Virus record (IMG/VR): IMGVR_UViG_3300044512_002795
Coordinates: 1-32,367 of that record
Origin: a virus
Taxonomy: Duplodnaviria > Caudoviricetes
Strand: one strand, 5' to 3'
DNA length: 32,367 nucleotides
Shown here piece by piece: positions 1 to 8,480 of the stretch; the stretch's first letter is position 1, and the number at the start of each line of letters is the position of its first letter. The notes beneath the pieces are model-generated. The model was not told the DNA's origin and did not search any database. It worked only from the letters and a program-made list of their open reading frames with translations. The position numbers and the translations under genes were made by a program.

Positions 1-601
1 TGCACGGATTAAAAAAGAAGTCTTCTTGAGAATAAGGGAAATTTAATATTTGAACATCTTGACCTTGGTCAAAAATACTTTTGCTCAAATAAGCTTCTGA
101 AGCGGCGCTTTCATTTTTTATATCTACCCCAAAAGTCCATAAATCTAAATCGGGACATTTTTCTATAATTATTGGTTTAGTTACCCCAAAATCTTCAAAT
201 GTTTTCTTATTATACTCGCTTTCTACGCTTATAACATTTACAGGGCTAGAATTAATAGACTGAACCAAGTCAGAAGGGACAGTATCTAAATTGCAATAAC
301 ATCTACCTACAACAGTTTTACCTTCTAGCTTAACTTTAAAGTCCTCAATGATAGTAGACCAGACTTCTGGATCTCCATCTATAACAACTTCAGAGTACGC
401 TAATAACTTATGCTTATGTTTTAAAAGCAGCGCATTAAATTTATTCTTTTCTTCAATAGAATCGTCTATTTTATAAGTTTTCCAAACTACATTTACTTCA
501 TTTTTAATTAAACTATATAAATGTCTTTTTGCGTACATCGCTTGATCATTATCTCCTGACGCACTAATGTATAATACATTTTTATAATCTACTTTCACCA
601 C
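1..601 (-). CDS. GT-B/GT4-like glycosyltransferase-related protein, N-terminal part (runs off the left edge of the window)
   Basis: Not in the ORF track. Manual translation from GTG at 601 or 598 is open to base 1: MKVDYKNVLYISASGDNDQAMYAKRHLYSLIKNEVNVVW...EVVIDGDPEVW...VVGRCYCNLDTVPSDLVQSIN...VISVESEYNKKTFEDFGVTKPI. This pattern resembles the N-domain of phage GT4 glycosyltransferases (GY.vWET..lP..wv..iN...vwvPS.yNk..F...GV.kPI). Confidence 0.6.
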   Translation of the reverse strand, partial: MVKVDYKNVLYISASGDNDQAMYAKRHLYSLIKNEVNVVWKTYKIDDSIEEKNKFNALLLKHKHKLLAYSEVVIDGDPEVWSTIIEDFKVKLEGKTVVGRCYCNLDTVPSDLVQSINSSPVNVISVESEYNKKTFEDFGVTKPIIIEKCPDLDLWTFGVDIKNESAASEAYLSKSIFDQGQDVQILNFPYSQEDFFFNPC

Positions 602-606
602 TAAAT

Positions 607-634
607 ATTATAGCTATTTAAAAAGATATTTCAA
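607..634 (-). promoter_or_regulatory. sigma70-like promoter TTGAAA-N16-TATAAT, probably giving a leaderless transcript
   Basis: Minus strand reads TTGAAA(634-629) TATCTTTTTAAATAGC TATAAT(612-607) ATTTA GTG GTG. The start codon lies at the expected +1 position. Confidence 0.6.
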
Positions 635-895
635 TTAATCTTCAATAGGCACAAAAATCTTACCTAAAATAGATTCGTTTTTTTCAATAAAATCCAATTC
701 TATTCTTTTTATTTTTTCTTTTATTTTTTCGTAAGCTAACTGACAGACCTCTTCTTGAGTTTTGTTTTCTATATCAGCAATGTCTAAAATAGATTCTACA
801 TAAGCTGCGTTTTCGTTATCATCGGTCAAGTTAAAACCAACAACGAAATTAGAATTATTTTTTAAAATTTCATATTTACTTATTGTGTATGTCAT
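635..895 (-). CDS. small acidic hypothetical protein, possible tail fibre assembly chaperone
   Basis: 86-aa ORF with AAGGA SD-like sequence upstream, immediately downstream of the 2524-aa fibre gene. Function is inferred from position only. Confidence 0.5.
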   Translation of the reverse strand: MTYTISKYEILKNNSNFVVGFNLTDDNENAAYVESILDIADIENKTQEEVCQLAYEKIKEKIKRIELDFIEKNESILGKIFVPIED

Positions 896-905
896 ATTTT
901 TTCCT

Positions 906-3900
906 TTAATTATATACCGGAATGTATTTAACAGTTCCGTCTAAATCTATCGGTAACCACCCGTGAAAAGTTCTACCATCTGACGCTGTAGCAGTGTCCA
1001 AATTAGGGTTATTAATTTTTGCGGCAGGTCTTCCTGCCTGCGCGACACTATTAATAGTTAAAGTCCTATTAGCAGCAGCGCTTCCCCCCGCACTTAAATC
1101 ACCAGCTACAGTCGCATCTCCATTTACTTCTAATTTTACAGCAGGACTTGCAGTACCTATACCAATTCTATCAGTGCTTGCGTCAGCATAGAAAAGATTA
1201 ATGTCACTATCACCTCTTACATTAAAATCTATATTTTCTAGCCCCACATTGAAAGTCGTTGATACTCCTGCGTAAGTCGAGAGATAAACACTGCTACTAC
1301 CACTTGAATTATTTAACTGCAATCTAGGGCCGAGAGTGTTATCTACTCTAACGTAAAATGCAGTGCTAGAGTTTACAGGATTGTAAAGCCAATAAGTAGC
1401 GTATGCTTGAGACGCAGCATTTGTAACATACTGCGAAGAAAACCTGTGAGTGACAACTCCTGCATAATTTTTTAAAGCAAAAACCCCCTTAGTTCCTGAA
1501 ATAACACTGCCTTCAAGATCTTGAATTGTTAATGCTGTAGCATCAGGGTCGTCTGTTCCTATACCTATTTTTCCACTAGACCCTTGAAGATAAAAATCGT
1601 TTTTATTATATCTTCCACCTACAATTGTATTATCGGCAAAAACTTCAAACACAGGCAATCCCGCAGCATCATTTACCGACATTAATGAATCACTGAGGTC
1701 ATCGACAACTTCAAACAATGTTCCGTTTGTTCCATCGACTCTTAGCACTGAATCTCCAGAGGTAGAACCGACTATTTGTAATTTTGAAGTGGGGCTTGTT
1801 GTGTTGATTCCAACGTTACCGCTGGTATTAATACGCATTCTTTCTGCAGCATTAGTCGTATCGTAAAACCTTAGAGAGCTTGACCCATTAGTATTAAAAT
1901 CTATTCTAGGACTGCTACCTGTTAACTGTACATCATCAGTAATTAAAGCTTTGCCTACTACATGTAATTTTTGAGATGGACTTACTGTACCTATACCAAC
2001 ATTACCATTTTCTTGATAAATAACAGAATTACCTATAGTATCGCTATCTGTCCAAATAGATATATACCCTGTAGTTCCAGCTCCATCTACTGCCCCAGCG
2101 CCGATTGGTATTTCTATAACATTACCACTTGAATCTACTGCTAATCTCTGGGTAGCTGTACCCGTAAATGTTCCTGAACCATAAGCATTAAATTGTATCT
2201 GCCCATCACTATGAATACGCATTCTTTCAACGACTTGACTGTTGTATGGAGAAGTATAAAAAGTTAAAGCTCCAGATGGAGTAGTTGTGGTTGACCCATT
2301 CCCAAAGTCACTAACAGCTTCAATTTTTGCAACATCACGAACCCCTACACCAGAAGAATCTCCCAAGAAGAAACGAATCCTACCTAATCCATCTCCAACA
2401 TCCCAGCCAGTTTTTCCCTGTGTTGCCAAAATAATTTCACCGGGACTTATACTAGTTCCACCAGAGTATGTTCCTAGATACACTCCGTAATTGTTATTAC
2501 CCACACTAAAATTACTACCAGCTGCTTGTAACCATCCTTCATTGACAGTGTGACCTATGATTCTTACATCTCCATTAACATGTAATTTTTTAGTAGGATT
2601 AGTTGTACCTATACCAACATTACCTGTGCTACCGTCAATAGTTACTCGGTCAGTTTCATTTGTTTGTAATCGTAAATCACGAAGAAGAGAATTATGTCCA
2701 ACATACATGGACGTGCCGTCCAACGTCATATATCCTGTATAACCAGATCCTTGTATATTAAATTGACCATTACCGGACGAGTCGGGAGATATATTTGTAC
2801 CATTATTAATAAATACTCTACCTCCGTTAACTTCCAATTTTTGTGCTGGTAATGTTGTACCTATACCAACTTTACCGTTAGAATTAACGGTCATTATTTT
2901 GGTATCATTTTCAGATGCTAATTGTAATACACGTGTTGCATTAGCGGTAGAACCAGCTCTAATTAATAAACCTTGACCATCTAAGTTAGTGTTATAAATT
3001 CTTGATATTAAACCAGAACCAGCATCACTTGTTAATTCAAATTTATATGAAGGATCGATGCCTATACCAACATTACCACTCCCTAAAACTGTAACAAAAT
3101 CAGTACCACCATTTTCTCTCACAGATAACAATGGAACGGAATTACTCACCCCTCCTCCGGCTGTATCTATTATCAAACCACCAGATGTACCATTTCTGCT
3201 AATCTTAGGATATACAGTACCCCCAAAAAATTCTAATACACCACTGTTTGATATCCTTTGATTACCAAAAACTTCTAACTTTTGATTAGGACTTGTTGTA
3301 CCTATACCAACATTGCCCTCCATGCTGATCCGCATACGCTCCGACCAATCGGTTGTTGCATCTGCCGTGCCGTTTGTATAAAAAGCTAATCCACTTCTGA
3401 AATAATTGCCTTCACCAATTTGCACTATCCCAGCAGAGCGTTTTGAATAACCTCCATAATTTGGCTTCCATGTAATACCACTTCCTATAGTGTTTGAATC
3501 ACCAGCTGAATTACCATTAGTGGGGTCAAAATAAAGCTGAGCAGTTGAATTAGTAATATTTGAACCTCTAGTATCTATATTATCGTTGAATACGTGAAGC
3601 TTACTAATCGGACTTACTGTACCTATACCAACATTACCAGCAGAATCAATCGTCACTCTTGTAGTGTTGCTCGTCCCGAGTTTAATTGAACCAGCTTCTC
3701 TGTTGTTTAATGTGAATGTGCTACCACTAGCAACGAGAGCTGTTCCATCACTTGCTGTCGCGCCTGTTGTGTTATTTGTAAACTTTAATTCAGAATTAGT
3801 TGTATCATTAATATGTAAGCCTGTACCGCCTGATTGTAAGGCAGGACTTGCTGTACCTATACCAAGTTTTCCATACTGATAAGAAAACACTGACTCTTGT

Positions 3901-6900
3901 CCAGAAAATTCTACAACACCACTTACACTTCCAGTACCTAAATTTGTAAATAATACATTGTTAGCATATCCCTCAAATTGAACATGCGTAAATCCTGCTG
4001 CCCAAGTAGTAGAAGGAGATATTTCAATTGCATAATATTCAACAGAATTATAAGTCAACTCAACTAGTGTAAATATGGGGTGCCCATAAGTTGAATCATC
4101 AGTTCCCCAAGATTCTAAGCCTCCTGTAGCTAGTGGGGTTCCAGCATTATTAGTATAAAATGTAATTCTTGCACCACCAGAACCAGTAGCAGATGTGCCT
4201 ACCTGTCTCGCACCTTTTAAAACACCATCAAACCGAACATTGGTTTGAGTTTTTGCAGCTATTAAATAATAATTAACAACTGTTGACCCTGACCCTTGAT
4301 TTGATAAATATTTTAATACCCAAGAAGAAAAATCATCTCCAGTATGCAGGATTCCCGTGGTTGAATGAACATGTAGTTTTGCAGAAGGGGTTGCAGTACT
4401 TATTCCTACATTAGTTCCATTATCATAAATTAAAGAATTAGTTAAATCTGAATTAGCACCGTTAGACCATTTTGTGACATAGTTAGTTGTCCCGGACCCT
4501 GTAACCGTGTCACTTATATCACTTATAGATTTCCAATCAGTAGCAGATCCTGTAGATGTAAGAACTTGACCTGAAACTCCAGCGACGTTATTGGAATCAT
4601 AAAAAGCTCCAGTTAATCTTAAGTTCCCTTGAACGTGGAGTTTTTGAGAAGGCGTTCCTGTACCTATTCCTACAAGACCATCATTATAATATAAATCGTT
4701 GACTGCCCTCTGCCACTGATAATTTGCGCCTAACGAATGAGCGGTGCTATCAGCGTCACCATTATACACTGATGTAACACTGACAACTACAGTATAGTTG
4801 CTTGAGTGATTAGTGTAGACGGTAAAATTGTTTCCACTTACACTCAACTGTGGGTGATTACTACTACCACCACTTAGACTCACAGCTCTCAAAGACCATG
4901 CAGACGTATTAGCACTATAAACGCCGATATAAGTTGCTCCACTATCTGTGCTAGTACCAATAGTAGTTAACTCGAATATGTAATGATAATTACTTGATGC
5001 TGTTTGTCCATGGGCGGGGTTTAATGTGACTATTTTACCGTTTGATACTCCAGACCCAGTAGTAGTATAATTACCCCTATACCAGCCTCTGTTTGCATTC
5101 GAATATATACTGTATCCAGCTTCTTGATATATATCTCCATTGACATGCAGTTTAAAAAGTGGATTTGCTGTACCTATACCAACATTACCCGTAGAACCTT
5201 TTATTACTAAGTCATTCCTAGACGCACTAGCATCTAAGTTAATTTTAATTGTAGTAGCAGTTGAATTAGACCCAAACGTAGCGACTCCTGAATTATTTTT
5301 TACAACCGTATTTCCAAATTGACCTTCTGTTGAGGAATAAATTTTTCCAACAACATGCAAAGGATAACCCGGAGTTACTGTACCTATACCGACCCTACCA
5401 GAACCTTTAACTACTAAACCGGTTGTAGATCCATCTCTCTGATAAGCGTGAAGCGTGTTACCACTACCATCACTAGCCCCAACGGCTTTAACAACTAACC
5501 CTTGGTCAACATTTTGATTCCCTCCTGAAACAGTTTGGTTTACAAGTAGAGTAGGAAGATTTGTCGCAAGCCCTTGCTCGACATACGCAACTCCATTCGT
5601 AAATGCAGATGTACTTCTAACATCAAGCCTTGAGTTTGGACCTGTAGTACCTATACCAACATTACCAGAAGGGTCTATGGTCATAGCTTGATTGGTAATA
5701 CCTGTACCATAATTATTTGAGGTGCCAAAAGCTAGATAAGTCCCAGAGTTAGTGGAAAGACTGCCAATTTGGGAAAGATTCTTTGGGTAGGAACTTGAAA
5801 ACCCACCAAACCCAAGCAGCGACCAGCCAGTGGCTCCGCCCCAATTAGTAATTCTGACCCCAGCATTATTATCAGCGATAAAAGTCGTGGCGGAAGTATG
5901 GTCATGTATATCAAGCTTGCATTCTGGATCAGTAGTACTTATACCAACTTTACCATCATTATCTATGCGCATTCTCTCTGCAAAACCAGAAGTGGCTCCA
6001 GTAGAAAAAGCTAGAGCTCCATTTGGTAAAGTTGTTGTATCTTGCGCTACAGCTTTAATTGAAGCAATAGTACCTGCACCTGATCCACTAGAATCAGATG
6101 TCCTAAAATTGATAGTACCTACAGCTTCACTAGCAGTCCACGAACCATCTTTTGTACTGTTTAAAGTTACAATCGGAGCTGAGGCAGAAACATCTAAAAG
6201 AGAATTAGGACTTGTTGTATTTATACCAACATTACCACCAGACTGACTATTTAACGCCAGAGTTAATCCGTCAATTCTTGCGTCCACATAGGCACTTTCC
6301 GCATCATTTAACGCCGCTAAAGACGTAGTTGTGTTTGAAGGGTAACCAAATATCCAGTTTAAATTTGTACCGATATTAATATGAAATTTATTAGCTGGAA
6401 TTGCTGTACCTAGACCAACATTACCATTTACATCTATTGCTAGACCTCTTGTATTAACTCCCGCTCTAGCTCCAACATACAGAATATCTGAATTTCTGTA
6501 GATATTTGCAGAACTTCCACTAATTCCGTTATAAAAAGAAACAGCTCCTGTTGTTAGCCCATCATTTCCAATATGTAATCCACCTGTTTTTGCCGTCCAA
6601 TCGTAACCCGTTATAAAATGAGTAGAGTGAGTTTCACCGACTACCTTTAATTTATAGTTACCGGGATTAGTTGTACCTATACCAACATTACCTTGTACAA
6701 TTAAACCATTATCATATTTAGTAGTGTAATAACTGTCACCTATAGATACTCCGCCCACAACTCCAACATGTGATTTTCCGTAAGTTCCAGATCCCGGATT
6801 TAATACTATACCAGTGGACCAATTAAGCATTAATTGCTGGTAATTTGGAGATGACCAGCTACCACTTGACCGAAAAATTGCGTAGGAGTCACTGGTATGC

Positions 6901-8480
6901 CAGTAGATCCCCTGTTTGTTATCACTCGTTCCGCTACTAACTTGATCTCCGAATGTAATTTGACCGGAAGCGCTAACGTCTAATAGTCGTTGGGGATCTG
7001 TTGAATTTATACCAACATTTCCATCTGTATCGATACGCATTTTTTCATCGGAATCAATATCAAAATTAATTACCTTTGTTACTCCTGTTCCCCTACTTAA
7101 AGAATTTATAGTTGCGTAACTTGAGTCACCCCTTCCAAAAACAACAACACCAGCGTTATTTGGATCTGGACCATGAGATAGTTCCAAAAGGCTCAAGTTA
7201 GCACCTGTATCTGGTTTAAGTAACAATCTACTATAACCTTGTCCAGAAGCGCCTAATATTTCAATGGAACTAGATGTTTGAGATACCCTGCTGTCACCAA
7301 GAGAACTAGTACCATTCCAAAGGGGTAGTTTATTAATTGTCCCTGATCCAGTTATAACTGAGCTTGTCCCAAAAAATCTTTCTTTACCGACTCTAGCGTA
7401 TAAAGAGTTGTACCCCATACCTGTCCAATTTAATAAAACAATTGAAGCCCATTTTGCGCCAGCTGTAGGTGTGTATGTATAAGTACTTGTAACCCAAGTT
7501 GTTGAGATAGCTACATTAGTTTTCCAATCGGTCCTGCCAGAGGTGTCTTCTTGTACTACTGGGTTAGTGGCGCTACTAGACACTGCTATTTTACCATCAG
7601 GGAGTTCAGCATTATATTCGTATACTCTGGCATAAAAACCACTAGAAGTACTTGCAGAAGCTTTATATTGGACCCACAATTTCCATTGTTCGCCAGCCGA
7701 CTCATTAACACGAAACGCTGGGAAAGCCATACCGATATCATCATCTGTAGATGAAACAAGTTCAGTAGCTCTTTGAGCTTCATTATATTTGACTGTTGAA
7801 TAATTACTGTTACTATATGCCGGAACAGCTCCTCCATCTGAAGGCCCAGAAAATCTGTAATTGGTTGATTTTGTTTCTCCAACTATTTCTAATTTTGTGG
7901 AAGGATTAGTTGTACCTATACCAACTTTACCATCACCAGTAATAACCATTCTTACATTTCCTGTACCTTTATCAGCTCCAGTTGCAGTATGAAAAACAAT
8001 ATCTGCTGCATTATTTGGATAGGTCGTTTGAATGTGGAGAGTACCAACACTATTATCGTACCACAATTGTGCGCCCTCGCCAGTAATTGGTCCACTTGAT
8101 TTTAAAGTAATTATTGGATCGCCTGAGTTAGATTCGGTTTCTAAAATTATTGATGGAACAGCTTTATCTATATGTAAACTAGCATTAGGATTAGTTGTAC
8201 CTATACCAACATTACCATCAGTGTGTTTAACTGCGATACGGTTAGTATTTCCATGTAAAAATCTAAAATCTTGAGCTGCAGGAAAAGAAAGGAAACTGTT
8301 ATTATTGTCCCGCATGAGCAAGTAGCCCAACATGGTGGTGTTATCAGTTTTATAAAAATAATTTATAGAGTAGTCGTTGCTAACTTGCAGTTGAGTCTTT
8401 GATCGAATGTTTGAATCAAATGTCGCCGAGCTATTCCCTGTTAAGGTTCCATTTATAGTTGTAGTTACTAGTGATGCCAT
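906..8480 (-). CDS. giant modular tail fibre / adhesin protein (2524 aa, GNVGIGT repeats)
   Basis: Long G/S/T/N-rich ORF with over 20 (R)MxIxxxGNVGIGTTxPxxKLxV repeats, a CBM-like insert, and a C-terminal GWLPIDLDGTVKYIPVY tip typical of trimeric fibres. Confidence 0.85.
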   Translation of the reverse strand: MASLVTTTINGTLTGNSSATFDSNIRSKTQLQVSNDYSINYFYKTDNTTMLGYLLMRDNNNSFLSFPAAQDFRFLHGNTNRIAVKHTDGNVGIGTTNPNASLHIDKAVPSIILETESNSGDPIITLKSSGPITGEGAQLWYDNSVGTLHIQTTYPNNAADIVFHTATGADKGTGNVRMVITGDGKVGIGTTNPSTKLEIVGETKSTNYRFSGPSDGGAVPAYSNSNYSTVKYNEAQRATELVSSTDDDIGMAFPAFRVNESAGEQWKLWVQYKASASTSSGFYARVYEYNAELPDGKIAVSSSATNPVVQEDTSGRTDWKTNVAISTTWVTSTYTYTPTAGAKWASIVLLNWTGMGYNSLYARVGKERFFGTSSVITGSGTINKLPLWNGTSSLGDSRVSQTSSSIEILGASGQGYSRLLLKPDTGANLSLLELSHGPDPNNAGVVVFGRGDSSYATINSLSRGTGVTKVINFDIDSDEKMRIDTDGNVGINSTDPQRLLDVSASGQITFGDQVSSGTSDNKQGIYWHTSDSYAIFRSSGSWSSPNYQQLMLNWSTGIVLNPGSGTYGKSHVGVVGGVSIGDSYYTTKYDNGLIVQGNVGIGTTNPGNYKLKVVGETHSTHFITGYDWTAKTGGLHIGNDGLTTGAVSFYNGISGSSANIYRNSDILYVGARAGVNTRGLAIDVNGNVGLGTAIPANKFHINIGTNLNWIFGYPSNTTTSLAALNDAESAYVDARIDGLTLALNSQSGGNVGINTTSPNSLLDVSASAPIVTLNSTKDGSWTASEAVGTINFRTSDSSGSGAGTIASIKAVAQDTTTLPNGALAFSTGATSGFAERMRIDNDGKVGISTTDPECKLDIHDHTSATTFIADNNAGVRITNWGGATGWSLLGFGGFSSSYPKNLSQIGSLSTNSGTYLAFGTSNNYGTGITNQAMTIDPSGNVGIGTTGPNSRLDVRSTSAFTNGVAYVEQGLATNLPTLLVNQTVSGGNQNVDQGLVVKAVGASDGSGNTLHAYQRDGSTTGLVVKGSGRVGIGTVTPGYPLHVVGKIYSSTEGQFGNTVVKNNSGVATFGSNSTATTIKINLDASASRNDLVIKGSTGNVGIGTANPLFKLHVNGDIYQEAGYSIYSNANRGWYRGNYTTTGSGVSNGKIVTLNPAHGQTASSNYHYIFELTTIGTSTDSGATYIGVYSANTSAWSLRAVSLSGGSSNHPQLSVSGNNFTVYTNHSSNYTVVVSVTSVYNGDADSTAHSLGANYQWQRAVNDLYYNDGLVGIGTGTPSQKLHVQGNLRLTGAFYDSNNVAGVSGQVLTSTGSATDWKSISDISDTVTGSGTTNYVTKWSNGANSDLTNSLIYDNGTNVGISTATPSAKLHVHSTTGILHTGDDFSSWVLKYLSNQGSGSTVVNYYLIAAKTQTNVRFDGVLKGARQVGTSATGSGGARITFYTNNAGTPLATGGLESWGTDDSTYGHPIFTLVELTYNSVEYYAIEISPSTTWAAGFTHVQFEGYANNVLFTNLGTGSVSGVVEFSGQESVFSYQYGKLGIGTASPALQSGGTGLHINDTTNSELKFTNNTTGATASDGTALVASGSTFTLNNREAGSIKLGTSNTTRVTIDSAGNVGIGTVSPISKLHVFNDNIDTRGSNITNSTAQLYFDPTNGNSAGDSNTIGSGITWKPNYGGYSKRSAGIVQIGEGNYFRSGLAFYTNGTADATTDWSERMRISMEGNVGIGTTSPNQKLEVFGNQRISNSGVLEFFGGTVYPKISRNGTSGGLIIDTAGGGVSNSVPLLSVRENGGTDFVTVLGSGNVGIGIDPSYKFELTSDAGSGLISRIYNTNLDGQGLLIRAGSTANATRVLQLASENDTKIMTVNSNGKVGIGTTLPAQKLEVNGGRVFINNGTNISPDSSGNGQFNIQGSGYTGYMTLDGTSMYVGHNSLLRDLRLQTNETDRVTIDGSTGNVGIGTTNPTKKLHVNGDVRIIGHTVNEGWLQAAGSNFSVGNNNYGVYLGTYSGGTSISPGEIILATQGKTGWDVGDGLGRIRFFLGDSSGVGVRDVAKIEAVSDFGNGSTTTTPSGALTFYTSPYNSQVVERMRIHSDGQIQFNAYGSGTFTGTATQRLAVDSSGNVIEIPIGAGAVDGAGTTGYISIWTDSDTIGNSVIYQENGNVGIGTVSPSQKLHVVGKALITDDVQLTGSSPRIDFNTNGSSSLRFYDTTNAAERMRINTSGNVGINTTSPTSKLQIVGSTSGDSVLRVDGTNGTLFEVVDDLSDSLMSVNDAAGLPVFEVFADNTIVGGRYNKNDFYLQGSSGKIGIGTDDPDATALTIQDLEGSVISGTKGVFALKNYAGVVTHRFSSQYVTNAASQAYATYWLYNPVNSSTAFYVRVDNTLGPRLQLNNSSGSSSVYLSTYAGVSTTFNVGLENIDFNVRGDSDINLFYADASTDRIGIGTASPAVKLEVNGDATVAGDLSAGGSAAANRTLTINSVAQAGRPAAKINNPNLDTATASDGRTFHGWLPIDLDGTVKYIPVYN

